A stretch of DNA of 64,000 bases, taken from positions 78,504 to 142,503 of the forward strand of contig MFEK01000016.1 of assembly GCA_001779925.1 (NCBI GenBank), written 5' to 3'. This document shows, piece after piece, positions 43,344 through 53,502 of this stretch. Position numbers and translations under genes: made by a program. This stretch comes from Candidatus Doudnabacteria bacterium RIFCSPHIGHO2_01_FULL_46_14 (GTDB lineage: Bacteria; Patescibacteriota; Doudnabacteria; UBA920; 2-01-FULL-46-14). A model generated the notes under the pieces. It was not told where the DNA came from. It made no database searches and saw only the letters and a list, made by a program, of their open reading frames with translations. How positions within the stretch are numbered: the stretch's first letter is position 1; each line of letters starts with the position of its first letter.

Positions 43344-45836
43344 ATGGCTAAGCACTCAAACAACAAAATTCCCGATAAACCTGAGAAATCCTCCAACGAG
43401 ATTGGTTATCTCAAGCCGCGCAACATTGAGGACGAGATGCAGGAGTCATATCTTGACTATGCGATGTCAGTCATTGTATCGCGCGCTCTGCCGGACGTGA
43501 GAGACGGCCTCAAACCCGTGCATCGCAGAGTTCTATACGCCATGAATGAGATCGGACTGCAGCCCAGCGCGCGCTACCGCAAATCAGCGGCAGTGGTTGG
43601 TGAGGTGCTGGCCAAATACCACCCACACGGGGATGTGGCTGTCTACGATTCGCTCGTACGCATGGCTCAGGATTTTTCCATGCGCTATCCGCTCGTGGAC
43701 GGCCAAGGCAACTTTGGTTCTCTAGACGGAGATGCGCCGGCTGCCATGCGTTATTCTGAATGCCGCCTGGAAAGCATGTCCCTGGAACTGCTCGGCGATC
43801 TTGATAAAAATACTGTTAATTTCATGGACAATTATGATGCCACCAAAAAAGAACCGGTTGTTCTGCCCGCGAAACTCCCAAACCTTCTTTTAAACGGCAC
43901 GCTCGGCATTGCCGTGGGTATGGCGACCGACATTCCGCCGCACAACCTTGGCGAGGTTGTGGATGCGACGACAGCGCTCATTGACAACCCGAAACTTACA
44001 AGCGAAGACTTGGTGCAATTTATCCAAGGACCGGATTTCCCTACGGGTGGCATCATCTATGACTGGAGTGCAATCAAATCTGCGTATGCTACAGGTAAAG
44101 GCTCGGTTGTGGTGCGCGCGAAAACAGAAATCATTGAGGTGAAAGACGGCAGCTATCACATCATTGTCACGGAGATTCCGTACCGCGTAAACAAAGCCAC
44201 GCTTCTGGAAAAATTTGCCGAGCTAGTCAATGAGAAAAAAATCGAGGGCATCCGCGACCTGCGCGATGAGTCTGATAAAGACGGGGTACGCATAGTCATT
44301 GAGCTGAAGCGCGACGCAATCCCCAACAAAGTGCTTAACCAGCTTTTCAAAAATTCTCAGCTGCAGGACACGTTCCACATGAATATGCTGGCGCTCGTGG
44401 ACGGCATTGACCCGCGCGTTCTGAATCTGAAAATGATCCTGGAATATTTTGTGGCGCATCGCCGCGAGGTGGTCACGCGGCGCACGCGTTTTGAGCTGGA
44501 AAAAGCAAAAGACCGCGCCCACATTTTGGAAGGCCTCAAAATCGCGCTCGACCATATTGACCAGGTAATCAAGACTATAAAGCAGTCGGAGACAAAAGAA
44601 GAAGCGCACAGCGCTTTGATGAAGAAATTCAAACTTTCGGACAAGCAGTCAGCAGCGATCCTGGAAATGCGGCTCTCTGCTTTGGCGGGACTAGAGCGCA
44701 AAAAGATTGACGAAGAACTCAAAGAAAAGCGCAAGCTTATTGCCGAACTCGAAGATCTTTTGAAAAGTCCGAAAAAAATCGACGGAGTCATAAAAAAAGA
44801 AGTGCTTGACCTCAAATCCAAATTTGGCGACGCACGGCGCACCAAGCTTGTAAAAACCCCGATTGGCGAGTTCAAGATCGAGGACCTGATTGCCAACGAA
44901 GAGGTCCTGATCGTGGTCACCAAATCGGGCTATGTGAAACGCCTGCCTCCTGACACTTATCGCAAACAGGGGCGCGGCGGCAAGGGCGTGATCGGCATTA
45001 CCACCAAAGACGAAGATTTTGTCGTGAAAATGCTTTCCGCAGAAACCCATGATGATATTCTGTTTTTCACAAACAAAGGACGACTCTTTCAGACCAAGGT
45101 TTATGAACTGCCGGAAACATCCCGCACCTCCAAAGGCCAGGCTCTGGTAAATTTCCTAAACCTCGGACCGGGCGAATTTGCGACCGCCGTCCTGACCTAT
45201 GGCAAAACAGAATCAAGCAAATACAAATTTATGTTTATGGGTACTAAAACAGGCGTAGTTAAAAAAACCGCGATCGAAGAGTTTGTAAAGGTCCGCAAAT
45301 CAGGACTTATTGCCATGAAGATGCGGCCAGAAGATGAACTCAAATGGGTGCACCTCACGAGCGGCAATGACGAAATCATGATGACCACCGCCCAGGGACA
45401 AGCCATCCGGTTTAAAGAAAGCCAAGTACGCTCCATGGGCCGCAATGCCTCAGGAGTGCGCGGCATCCGCCTCAGAAAAGGTGACGAGGTTATGAGCGTA
45501 GACATCATTGAAAAATCCGCTGATCCGAAAAATCTCCAAGTCCTCGTGGTGTCCGAGTTCGGCATGGGCAAAAAAACCAATATTTCTGAGTACAAAGTCC
45601 AAGGCCGCGGCGGCTCTGGAATCAAAACCATGAACATCACCAAAAAAACCGGAAACATTTGCGTGATGCACATCGTGGACCGCGCCGAAGAGGCAGACCT
45701 CGTGGTCATCTCCCGCGCTGGCCAGACTCTGCGCACCGCACTCGGCACTGTTTCGACATTAGGACGCTCCACCCAAGGCGTGCGCGTCATCCGCCTCGCC
45801 GAAAAAGACACCCTTGCCTCGGCAACGATTGTTTAA
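43344..45836 (+). CDS. gyrA: DNA gyrase subunit A
   Basis: Conserved N-terminus [27 protein letters not shown]. 830 aa. C-terminal beta-pinwheel repeats. Confidence 0.95.
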   Translation: MAKHSNNKIPDKPEKSSNEIGYLKPRNIEDEMQESYLDYAMSVIVSRALPDVRDGLKPVHRRVLYAMNEIGLQPSARYRKSAAVVGEVLAKYHPHGDVAVYDSLVRMAQDFSMRYPLVDGQGNFGSLDGDAPAAMRYSECRLESMSLELLGDLDKNTVNFMDNYDATKKEPVVLPAKLPNLLLNGTLGIAVGMATDIPPHNLGEVVDATTALIDNPKLTSEDLVQFIQGPDFPTGGIIYDWSAIKSAYATGKGSVVVRAKTEIIEVKDGSYHIIVTEIPYRVNKATLLEKFAELVNEKKIEGIRDLRDESDKDGVRIVIELKRDAIPNKVLNQLFKNSQLQDTFHMNMLALVDGIDPRVLNLKMILEYFVAHRREVVTRRTRFELEKAKDRAHILEGLKIALDHIDQVIKTIKQSETKEEAHSALMKKFKLSDKQSAAILEMRLSALAGLERKKIDEELKEKRKLIAELEDLLKSPKKIDGVIKKEVLDLKSKFGDARRTKLVKTPIGEFKIEDLIANEEVLIVVTKSGYVKRLPPDTYRKQGRGGKGVIGITTKDEDFVVKMLSAETHDDILFFTNKGRLFQTKVYELPETSRTSKGQALVNFLNLGPGEFATAVLTYGKTESSKYKFMFMGTKTGVVKKTAIEEFVKVRKSGLIAMKMRPEDELKWVHLTSGNDEIMMTTAQGQAIRFKESQVRSMGRNASGVRGIRLRKGDEVMSVDIIEKSADPKNLQVLVVSEFGMGKKTNISEYKVQGRGGSGIKTMNITKKTGNICVMHIVDRAEEADLVVISRAGQTLRTALGTVSTLGRSTQGVRVIRLAEKDTLASATIV

Positions 45837-45925
45837 TCTACCTTCCGTCATTGCGAGGCGTACTCGCCGCGGCAATCTCGTAAAAAAAGACGGTGGAATC
45901 GCATCAATGCTATCCACCGCTTTTT

Positions 45926-46474
45926 CTATCTCTCGCGCAAAACGTTTTCGCTTCTGATCAAACCTTTTTGAGCTTCTGACAAGTGCTTCAATGCGTTTCC
46001 GCAGGTCCGAATCATCGCCGCTTTGTCTCCTGAAATGACTGATTCAATCAGTTCGTCGGCAATTTCGGATTTCCCCTCAGCGTTCAGAATAGCAATCATC
46101 CTCGCATGGTCTGGCCAGAAATCCGCAAAGCCGAGCTGAAACTGTTCCAACCGATAACGCCGAGAATCCGAACTATTTTTCCAGCTCGCGAGGTGAATAG
46201 AACCAGAACAGAGCAGGACGGAAAGACCGTCGATTCCGGCTTCATGCCAGACCGCAGGCGTGAATATGCCAAACAAGGCCGCTGGCGCATACTGCAAGAC
46301 AAATTTCTGCCACCACTCGCCCCGGGACAGGCCAGCAAACGGATGTTTAAACGATGCCACTAACGCCGTGATGGTAAAAGCTGACAAAAGCAGCGACGAT
46401 CGGGATACTGCCTCTGCTGACAATGTCAGCCCAATCACGCACCCAAATAAATAGGCCATGAGCGTTTTCAACAT
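45926..46474 (-). CDS. Hypothetical membrane-anchored protein
   Basis: SD aaggagag. N-terminal TM helices. Confidence 0.45.
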   Translation of the reverse strand: MLKTLMAYLFGCVIGLTLSAEAVSRSSLLLSAFTITALVASFKHPFAGLSRGEWWQKFVLQYAPAALFGIFTPAVWHEAGIDGLSVLLCSGSIHLASWKNSSDSRRYRLEQFQLGFADFWPDHARMIAILNAEGKSEIADELIESVISGDKAAMIRTCGNALKHLSEAQKGLIRSENVLRER

Positions 46475-46487
46475 TTCAACTCTCCTT

Positions 46488-47045
46488 TCAGCGTTTTTCT
46501 TCTGTTGACCCTAGAATTTGTTGTGATACTTCAATGAGCTCCCGGCAAAGTTTGTGGAGCTGCTTTTCAGCCTCCACAAGTTCGCCCTCGGTATTCTGGA
46601 GTTTTCTCACCGCCTCTTTTTTCCCTTTTTCCACATCTGCCTGCCAAGCCAGAAGAACTGCCGGCAACGTGGACAAAGCTTGGACTGCTCCAAGTACTTC
46701 CGAGGGTTTAACCAACAGCGCATGTCTTTCAAACCACACGCCCTGACTAAGCCTTATTTTCCTTCCCTGCTTTTGAGCCACAAGACAGGTTGCCGTACAA
46801 CGACGCGAATCTGTTCTTGGAATTTCAGCTATGGCCAGCGACCAACCGTTATTAGTTGGTACGGAACCAAACAGATGTCCTAGCCTATCACTGTGTGGAA
46901 GCAATGCCCCTGCCAATATTTTCACTTCGCTAGGCAATGGGGTCACCGGAACTTTTTCATCACGAATCTGTTCGATACCCTTATCCTCTTTTGCTAAAAG
47001 GGCCATATTTTCCGCCAATTTCAGCCTCGCATTCTCTGTATCCAT
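46488..47045 (-). CDS. Hypothetical coiled-coil protein
   Basis: Start refined to ATG 47043-45, which has an SD gaggagga. Confidence 0.45.
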   Translation of the reverse strand: MDTENARLKLAENMALLAKEDKGIEQIRDEKVPVTPLPSEVKILAGALLPHSDRLGHLFGSVPTNNGWSLAIAEIPRTDSRRCTATCLVAQKQGRKIRLSQGVWFERHALLVKPSEVLGAVQALSTLPAVLLAWQADVEKGKKEAVRKLQNTEGELVEAEKQLHKLCRELIEVSQQILGSTEEKR

Positions 47046-47146
47046 GATTCCTCCTCTGCACCCCGCCAAAAAAGCTTGACGATGGTGACAGGGGAGTGTA
47101 TATTATTCTTATTGAGTGGCCAAGAGCACCATAGGGTGATAACTGC

Positions 47147-47186
47147 CACCCCTCCCTCAGTCCCTCCCCATCAAGGGGAGGGAAGA
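47147..47186. repeat. Family-A GC-rich hairpin element, copy A2, just upstream of TrmB paralogue 6
   Basis: ccacccctccctcagtccctccccatcaaggggagggaag. Confidence 0.65.
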
Positions 47187-47195
47187 AAGATTGGA

Positions 47196-47939
47196 ATGTA
47201 CGCAGAAACATTAGAAAATATCGGGCTGTCGCCTAACGAGGCCAAAATCTACGAAACCCTGCTCGCCAGCGGGGAAATTGGCGTATCTGAGATTTCGTTG
47301 AAATCCAACGTGCACCGTAGAAATGTCTATGACGCATTGAATCGCCTCATTGAAAAAGGCGTGGTGTTTCGTATCTTCCAAAAAAATGAGCATCAATTTC
47401 GAGCGGTGACGCCGGATAAACTGGCAGAAATTCTTGCAGAAAAACAGCAAAGTTTAGATCGCATATTACCGGGAATGCGCAAGCTTTACGAAACAAAACC
47501 GATTGAGGAAGCGGCTTTCATTTACAAAGGCAAAGAAGGCTATAAAAATTATCTGCGCGATATGGCACGCGTGGCCGAGGATACATATTTTTTGGGGGCC
47601 AAGGGACTGTGGTTTACGCCTTGGGTGGAGAAACATTATTTGCTGGATTTTCAGGACGCCATGCATCGCAAAAAAAAGAAATACTACACTCTCTACGATC
47701 CGCGGGTCAAAGAAAAACTGCCCGATGCAGTAAAAAACGTCAAAGGCGAATATAAATTTCTGCCGACCAAATATGCCACGCCAGGCGTAACTGACGTCTT
47801 TGGCGATTATGTCGTGACTTTTACCAGTGTGGACATTGGCAATTTTGGCGAAGACGGAAAAATATTTGTTATGATACATCCAGAACTGGCAGAAACCTAC
47901 CGCACATGGTTTCGACTCATTTGGGATTTACTGAAATAA
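47196..47939 (+). CDS. TrmB-family HTH transcriptional regulator (paralogue 6)
   Basis: Start set at ATG 47196 (MYAETLENIGLSPNEAKIYETLLASGEIGVSEIS). The ORF-track N-terminal extension covers the repeat element. Confidence 0.65.
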   Translation: MYAETLENIGLSPNEAKIYETLLASGEIGVSEISLKSNVHRRNVYDALNRLIEKGVVFRIFQKNEHQFRAVTPDKLAEILAEKQQSLDRILPGMRKLYETKPIEEAAFIYKGKEGYKNYLRDMARVAEDTYFLGAKGLWFTPWVEKHYLLDFQDAMHRKKKKYYTLYDPRVKEKLPDAVKNVKGEYKFLPTKYATPGVTDVFGDYVVTFTSVDIGNFGEDGKIFVMIHPELAETYRTWFRLIWDLLK

Positions 47940-47945
47940 ATATTC

Positions 47946-48251
47946 ATGGAAGTAAAATCCAACCCTAGTGTAGACAAGTTTATTTTATCCCTGGAAATAT
48001 CTGTGGCTGCCAAAGTCGTAAAGACTGTACTATTGCTCAAAGAATTTGGCCATAGATTGACCATGCCTCAGAGCAAAAGTCTTGGAAATGGATTATTCGA
48101 GCTGCGAATTCGAGGGTCAAAAGAAATCAGAATATTTTATTGCTTCCATGAAAGATTCGCCCAGCTACTGCACGGCTTCGTGAAGAAAACTCAACAAACA
48201 CCGCGGAAAGAATTAAACACTGCGGTTGCTAAACTCAGGATGTTGACATGA
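47946..48251 (+). CDS. HigB-like / Gp49-family (RelE/ParE superfamily) toxin
   Basis: LGNGLFELRIRGSKEIRIFYCFH pattern typical of Gp49/HigB. Confidence 0.55.
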   Translation: MEVKSNPSVDKFILSLEISVAAKVVKTVLLLKEFGHRLTMPQSKSLGNGLFELRIRGSKEIRIFYCFHERFAQLLHGFVKKTQQTPRKELNTAVAKLRMLT

Positions 48252-48280
48252 TATAACTTATAGGTTATATTGATTCTACT

Positions 48281-48559
48281 ATGAAAACAACCTCTTTCGA
48301 AAGCTTAAGAAAACGGCTACTAAAAAATAAAGAGTTCAAAAAGGCTTATGACGAGCTAGAGCCTGAATTTGCGTTGATAAGAATGATTATTAGGAAACGC
48401 CTTAATAATGGTCTTACGCAAAAACAGCTAGCTGCAAAGCTGGGCACTAAACAGCCGGTTATCTCGCGCCTTGAAAGCGGCACATACAATCCTTCTATTA
48501 AATTTCTGCATCGGGTTGCGGACGCCCTGGGCGCTGAAATCCATATCTCGATTTCATAA
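48281..48559 (+). CDS. XRE-family HTH antitoxin (HigA-like)
   Basis: HTH LTQKQLAAKLGTKQPVISRLESG. Confidence 0.65.
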   Translation: MKTTSFESLRKRLLKNKEFKKAYDELEPEFALIRMIIRKRLNNGLTQKQLAAKLGTKQPVISRLESGTYNPSIKFLHRVADALGAEIHISIS

Positions 48560-48584
48560 TGTAAAACAGATATAATACCAGTAC

Positions 48585-48661
48585 GGGCGTGTAGCTCAGC
48601 TGGTTAGAGCATCTGTCTTATACACAGAATGTCCCTGGTTCGAATCCAGGCACGCCCACCA
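48585..48661 (+). tRNA. tRNA-Ile(UAU)
   Basis: Acceptor GGGCGTG/CACGCCC, anticodon stem TCTGT/ACAGA, loop CTTATAC, CCA encoded. The UAU anticodon is unusual. Confidence 0.7.
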
Positions 48662-48676
48662 CTACAAAATAAAATT

Positions 48677-49690
48677 ATGGTTGATCAATCACTAGTTTCC
48701 TATATCAAACAAAACATTCGGGACGGGTTTCCGCAAAACGAAATCCAGACCGCGCTTGTTAGTGCCGGCTGGGAAACCGCGGACATTAATGAAGCATTTA
48801 TCCAGGCTGGCCTTATGCCGCAGTCCAAAGCCGCGCCTGTGAATCTACCTCCCGAACTTGCAGGAGAGGGCCTGACCTACAGTCCGACAGAGCACACCTC
48901 TTTTTTGGCGAGACACGGAAGGCTTTTGATAGTTATTGTCGTGATGATCATCCTGTTGCCAGTGCTCGCTTACGGCGGGTTTTGGGCTTACCAGCGGTAT
49001 GCTGTGAAGTCCGAGAATCTCCCGACCCAAGTCGGGATCCCGACAGAGGTCGGGACACCGCCGCCAGCAGCTCCGCAAATCGATGCCCAAGCCGTAATCC
49101 GCGACGAACAGCGGCTCAAAGACATCGAGAGTCTGCAAACTGCGCTGGAAACATATTTTACCGCGAAAAAAACTTACCCCAAGCTGCTTGACGAACTCAT
49201 GGCCGAAAAAATTCTCACGAGCGTACCCACAGATCCAAAAAGCGGGGTACAGTATTTATACAGTCCCTTTGGCCAAACAAGCACTGATTATTCTCTGTCC
49301 TTTATCTTGGAGTCTGACATCGGTACTCTCAAAAAAGGTTTGAACGAAGTCAGCCCCGGCAAACCTCTCAAACCAGAGATAATCAAAAGCCAGGAAGAAG
49401 CAGTGAGGGGCGCCACCACAAAGCCGATCTCGGCCAGTTTACAAATCACTGACCTCTCGCAATCTCCTTTTTACGCAGGCGAAGAGGTGACTGTCAGCAT
49501 AAATTCCTCTGTCGCGCTTGACCAGGTTTTTCTTCTGGTCAACCACATGAAACTTACCGACGAACATTTTCCTTTTAATATCCGCTTTTCAGCGCCGAGA
49601 AATCCCGGAGAATATCCCGTGCAAATCTTTGGCTTCACTAATGATGGGGAGACTTTTATTCAGGCCACAAAATTAACGGTTAAACCTTAG
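48677..49690 (+). CDS. Hypothetical single-pass membrane protein with a large extracytoplasmic domain
   Basis: Start moved to ATG 48677, because the track start lies inside the tRNA. TM helix LLIVIVVMIILLPVLAYGGFWAY. Confidence 0.5.
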   Translation: MVDQSLVSYIKQNIRDGFPQNEIQTALVSAGWETADINEAFIQAGLMPQSKAAPVNLPPELAGEGLTYSPTEHTSFLARHGRLLIVIVVMIILLPVLAYGGFWAYQRYAVKSENLPTQVGIPTEVGTPPPAAPQIDAQAVIRDEQRLKDIESLQTALETYFTAKKTYPKLLDELMAEKILTSVPTDPKSGVQYLYSPFGQTSTDYSLSFILESDIGTLKKGLNEVSPGKPLKPEIIKSQEEAVRGATTKPISASLQITDLSQSPFYAGEEVTVSINSSVALDQVFLLVNHMKLTDEHFPFNIRFSAPRNPGEYPVQIFGFTNDGETFIQATKLTVKP

Positions 49691-49706
49691 AAAGGGGGTG
49701 GTTATA

Positions 49707-49838
49707 ATGCCAACTTGTCCAATGTGTAGCGCTGATGTTGACGATGTAGATCAGCATAAAGGCGAAGCCCATCCTGCGGATGCGGGCGGGCCGACTGAGC
49801 CACCTTCTACTCCTGATTCTGGTCAGAGCGCCCAATAA
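49707..49838 (+). CDS. Small protein (43 aa) with a CPMC motif
   Basis: Very strong SD aaagggggtg 7 nt before the ATG. Followed by a terminator. Confidence 0.35.
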   Translation: MPTCPMCSADVDDVDQHKGEAHPADAGGPTEPPSTPDSGQSAQ

Positions 49839-49844
49839 TTTCGC

Positions 49845-49888
49845 CCTTACCCTCCTCCCCCCTTCACGACCAGTCAGACTGGTCAGGG
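49845..49888 (+). terminator. GC-rich hairpin plus T8 terminator
   Basis: ccttaccctcctccccccttcacgaccagtcagactggtcagggggaggatttttttt. Confidence 0.6.
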
Positions 49889-49918
49889 GGAGGATTTTTT
49901 TTATGTTATGATTCACAT

Positions 49919-51274
49919 ATGCCATCCATAACTTTTTACGGCGCTACTGAGGAGGTTACCGGGTCATGCTATTTAATACGCGGTAAAAAAATAACCATCC
50001 TGGTAGACTGCGGACTGTTTCAAGGCGAGCGGTTTGCGCGGGCCAAAAATTATGAATCATTGCCTTTCGGCTGCGGCGAGGTGGACCACGTGCTCCTTAC
50101 CCACGCGCATGTTGACCATGCCGGGCGGCTGCCAAAAATCTGTCTTGAAGGTTTTGTGGGGAAAATTTATGCGACTGCTCCGACCTTGGAACTGACAAAA
50201 TATCTCTGGCAAGACGCTCTGGAAATAATGGATATCGAGTACCAGGAAACCGGCCGTCTGCCTTTGTATGCGGCGAAAGATGCTAAAAACGCGGAAAAAT
50301 TTTTTAAGCCAGTCGAATACGGAAAAAAAATCTTCCTCTCTGATACTGATTACGCAATTTTTTATGACGCGGGGCATATTCTCGGCTCTTCATTTATCGA
50401 GCTCGTCATAGACGGTAAAAGGATTGTCTTTTCCGGCGATATCGGCAATGTCCATCCGCCGATCATCCGTGAAACCGAAAAGCTTCCTGAGAATATTGAC
50501 CTGTTGCTTTGCGAGAGCACTTATGGCAACCGCTTGCATGAGCCGCCGGGGGAGAGGCGGAGACTTCTCGAGAAAACTGTGGCCCAGACTATCAAACAAA
50601 AAGGAGTCCTTCTCATCCCCGCGTTTGCTGTGGAGCGGACCCAAGAAATATTATATGAATTTAATCGCATGGTAAATGCAGGACTGATCCCAACAGTACC
50701 GATTTTCCTCGACAGTCCGCTTGCTATAAAGATTACGGAAGTCTTCAAAAAAGATCTCGGGTTTTACAACCACGATGACCAGTTGATTGCCGGAGAGGGC
50801 GATCACGACCTGTTCAATTTCCCGGGACTTCGCCTGACCCAGACGAGGCTTAAATCCAAAGACATTAACAGTGTTCGCCCCCCGAAAATCATCATTGCCG
50901 GCAATGGTATGATGAATGGAGGGCGCATCGTTTACCATTTGGAGCGTTATCTGCCTAACCACAATAATACCTTACTCATCATTGGTTATCAGGCAGCAAA
51001 CACCACGGGCCGGAAAATCCTTGAAGGCCATAAATGGATTCCGCTTTTTACGCGCAGCATTCCAGTGCGGGCTCGGGTGCAGGCAATCGGCGGTTTTTCC
51101 GCGCACGCAGACCAAAAAAAACTTCTATCATGGATTGGCAGCGCAAAAAACCTGAAACGGATTTGTCTAGTGCACGGCGACGCGGAAAATATGGTAGCAT
51201 TCTCTGCAACTATTGCGAAAAGTCTCAAAATCCCCACTTTAATTCCTAAATACGGCAGCGGTGTTGAAATTTAG
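49919..51274 (+). CDS. MBL-fold beta-CASP ribonuclease (RNase J/CPSF-like RNA-metabolising enzyme)
   Basis: HAHVDHAGRLP HxHxDH motif, followed by beta-CASP and a C-terminal RNA-specificity region. Confidence 0.75.
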   Translation: MPSITFYGATEEVTGSCYLIRGKKITILVDCGLFQGERFARAKNYESLPFGCGEVDHVLLTHAHVDHAGRLPKICLEGFVGKIYATAPTLELTKYLWQDALEIMDIEYQETGRLPLYAAKDAKNAEKFFKPVEYGKKIFLSDTDYAIFYDAGHILGSSFIELVIDGKRIVFSGDIGNVHPPIIRETEKLPENIDLLLCESTYGNRLHEPPGERRRLLEKTVAQTIKQKGVLLIPAFAVERTQEILYEFNRMVNAGLIPTVPIFLDSPLAIKITEVFKKDLGFYNHDDQLIAGEGDHDLFNFPGLRLTQTRLKSKDINSVRPPKIIIAGNGMMNGGRIVYHLERYLPNHNNTLLIIGYQAANTTGRKILEGHKWIPLFTRSIPVRARVQAIGGFSAHADQKKLLSWIGSAKNLKRICLVHGDAENMVAFSATIAKSLKIPTLIPKYGSGVEI

Positions 51275-51406
51275 AATTCAAAATGCAAAAATCAAAATTC
51301 CAATCAAAATTTAAAATTACACAGAAGTGTCGTCCTGGGGTACTACGAAGGATCTCTGAATCAATACGAGATTCTTCGGCGAGTACGCCTCAGAATGACA
51401 ATTAGA

Positions 51407-51439
51407 TTTTCATTTTGATATTTAAACTTTACATTTTTT
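51407..51439 (+). promoter_or_regulatory. Family-E upstream module abutting the yebC ATG with no SD
   Basis: ttttcattttgatatttaaactttacatttttt matches gyrA upstream 43304-43343. Confidence 0.5.
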
Positions 51440-52165
51440 ATGTCTGGTCACAGTAAATGGGCGCAAATCAAACGACAAAAGGGAACAGCTGACAAAAAGA
51501 AAGGCCAAGCGTTTTCCAAATTGGCCCGCGAGCTGGCCATTGCCGCCAAGCTTGGGGGAGATCCGGCTAGCAATTTCAAACTACGCCTCGTTATGGACCG
51601 CGCCAAAGACGCTGGCATGACCAAGGACGCAATCGAGCGGGCAGTCAAACGCGGCACAGGAGAAGACAAGGACGCGGCTGTCATCGAGGACGCGATTTAT
51701 GAAGGTTATGGCCCAGGCGGGACAGCATTTTATATTCAGACAGCCACAGACAACACCAATCGGACGCATGGCAACCTCCGGACGATTTTCACCAAACACG
51801 GTGGCAATCTGGCCAGCCGCGGCAGTGTGGCATTTTTGTTCAGCTCTCGCGGCCAGATTCTGGTGCCACGCGATGGCAATCCAAATCTTGAAGAATTAGA
51901 ATTACAAGCAATCGATCTGGGTGCGGAAGACGTGCGGCCATCAGATGAGGGTTTGGAAATTTACACGGTGCCGCTTGATTTGGAAAAAATAAAACAGGGG
52001 CTGGAAAAAGCTGGAATAAAAATCGCGTCTGCCGAAGTAATAATGCAGCCGCAAAACACAGTGGAAATCACAGACGAACAGCTCAAAAAACAAATCATCA
52101 ACCTCAGTTCCGCACTCGAAGAGGATGAAGACGTCATTGGGGTACATACTAACGCAAGCTTTTAA
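51440..52165 (+). CDS. yebC: YebC/PmpR family DNA-binding regulator
   Basis: MSGHSKWAQIKRQKGTADKKKG N-terminus. Confidence 0.9.
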   Translation: MSGHSKWAQIKRQKGTADKKKGQAFSKLARELAIAAKLGGDPASNFKLRLVMDRAKDAGMTKDAIERAVKRGTGEDKDAAVIEDAIYEGYGPGGTAFYIQTATDNTNRTHGNLRTIFTKHGGNLASRGSVAFLFSSRGQILVPRDGNPNLEELELQAIDLGAEDVRPSDEGLEIYTVPLDLEKIKQGLEKAGIKIASAEVIMQPQNTVEITDEQLKKQIINLSSALEEDEDVIGVHTNASF

Positions 52166-52206
52166 CTCAAAACTCAGATCTCAAATCTGATTCTGACATA
52201 TGACAT

Positions 52207-52707
52207 ATGAGTTCTAACATAATCCTAGGCATTGATCCCGGCACAGCCACAACAGGATATGGAGTCATTGATTCCTCCCCCTCGAGGGGAGAGGGCAGGG
52301 TGGGCGTGATGAAATCAATCGAATTCGGCTGTATCCGGACTTCAAAAGACAATTCTCTGCCAGAAAGGCTTGAGGAAATTTACAATGACCTGCAAAAGCT
52401 CATCAAAAAATACCAGCCGGATAAAATCGCTGTGGAATCGGTCTATTTTTATAACAATGTCAAAACCGCGATCGCTGTCGCACAGGCGCGGGGCGTGGTT
52501 CTCCTATGCGCCAGGCAAAATAAAACTCCGGTTTTGGAATTCACGCCGCTCCAGGTAAAAAATAACCTGACAAACTACGGAAAAGCGGAAAAAAAACAGG
52601 TTCAGCAAATGGTCAAAACCCTACTGAACCTGAAATCAATCCCCAAACCCGACGACGCGGCCGACGCCCTCGCCCTCGCCATCTGCGGGGCAAATAAAAA
52701 TTTATGA
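52207..52707 (+). CDS. ruvC: Holliday junction resolvase RuvC with a short GC-rich in-frame insertion near the N-terminus
   Basis: ILGIDPGTATTGYGVI...CIRT and DAADALALAICGA. The extra DSSPSRGEGRVGV segment is encoded by the hairpin cctccccctcgaggggagagg at 52274-52297. Confidence 0.85.
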   Translation: MSSNIILGIDPGTATTGYGVIDSSPSRGEGRVGVMKSIEFGCIRTSKDNSLPERLEEIYNDLQKLIKKYQPDKIAVESVYFYNNVKTAIAVAQARGVVLLCARQNKTPVLEFTPLQVKNNLTNYGKAEKKQVQQMVKTLLNLKSIPKPDDAADALALAICGANKNL

Positions 52708-53462
52708 TCCAAAGGAAGCCCGAAGGATATAAAGATCTTCTCGCTTACCGGAAAACCGCAGATGTCCAGGAGATGACTTTGGAGCTGACCAATCTGTTTC
52801 CAAGGGCAAAGAATATGCTTAATCTCAAGGACCAAATGGACAGGTCTGGGAGGAGCGGGACGAAAAACATCATCGAGGGCTGGAAACGAAATACCACCAA
52901 CGAGTATTTCACGTTTCTCGGATTTTCGATCGGTGCGTTAGAGGAATTGAAAGACGATTACGCGGATATTGCGAAAGGATTATACCGGAAACTAATGAGA
53001 ATCAAAAGATTGTGGAATCCAAAGGGAGAAATGGGCGAAACGGGAACAATGGGTCAACAGACAACAAATCAAACCCAACAACCGATTTTGTCTCCTGCTT
53101 CGGTTCTGCCCCTTAACCCCTTTCCGCCCTTTACTCCCATTCAGCTGGAATCCCTGCGATTCTACCCGCTCGACACTTCTCTTCCACCCATTGTCCAGCT
53201 TTACCTGAAATGCAAAGAGGTTTTAATGCTCCTCAATAAACTCCAAAAATCTCTGGACCTCAAAATGGACCAGGAAATGACTAAACCGTCCGGCGAACGC
53301 TCCCGCACTCGCATCCAACAATTTAAAATAGAGAACCACGCCGTCGAAAAAGAAATCACCAACCTGGGGTTGGTGAGGCCCGCGAGCGGCCAATTTATTT
53401 CCAAAGCTGAATTCGACTCCCGCACCGCCTCCGGCGAAAAATTAGAATTGTTCAATGGCTAA
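52704..53462 (+). CDS. Four-helix-bundle protein (TIGR02436-like) with a ~140 aa low-complexity C-terminal extension
   Basis: KDQMDRSGRSGTKNIIEGWKR...FLGFSIGALEEL pattern. Confidence 0.55.
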   Translation: MIQRKPEGYKDLLAYRKTADVQEMTLELTNLFPRAKNMLNLKDQMDRSGRSGTKNIIEGWKRNTTNEYFTFLGFSIGALEELKDDYADIAKGLYRKLMRIKRLWNPKGEMGETGTMGQQTTNQTQQPILSPASVLPLNPFPPFTPIQLESLRFYPLDTSLPPIVQLYLKCKEVLMLLNKLQKSLDLKMDQEMTKPSGERSRTRIQQFKIENHAVEKEITNLGLVRPASGQFISKAEFDSRTASGEKLELFNG

Positions 53463-53502
53463 TACCTCGTTTTGGCCGTTCCCTTTATTCCCTTTTCACC
53501 CT

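Noticed and set aside
43832-45811. Multiple minus-strand ORFs up to 204 aa
   Set aside because: Antisense within gyrA. R/S-rich low-complexity translations.
47076-47195. N-terminal extension of TrmB paralogue 6 in the ORF track
   Set aside because: The extension is just translation of the family-A repeat element. The conserved TrmB N-terminus starts at ATG 47196.
48629-48676. N-terminal extension of the 48629 ORF
   Set aside because: It overlaps tRNA-Ile. The first ATG after the tRNA (48677) is used.
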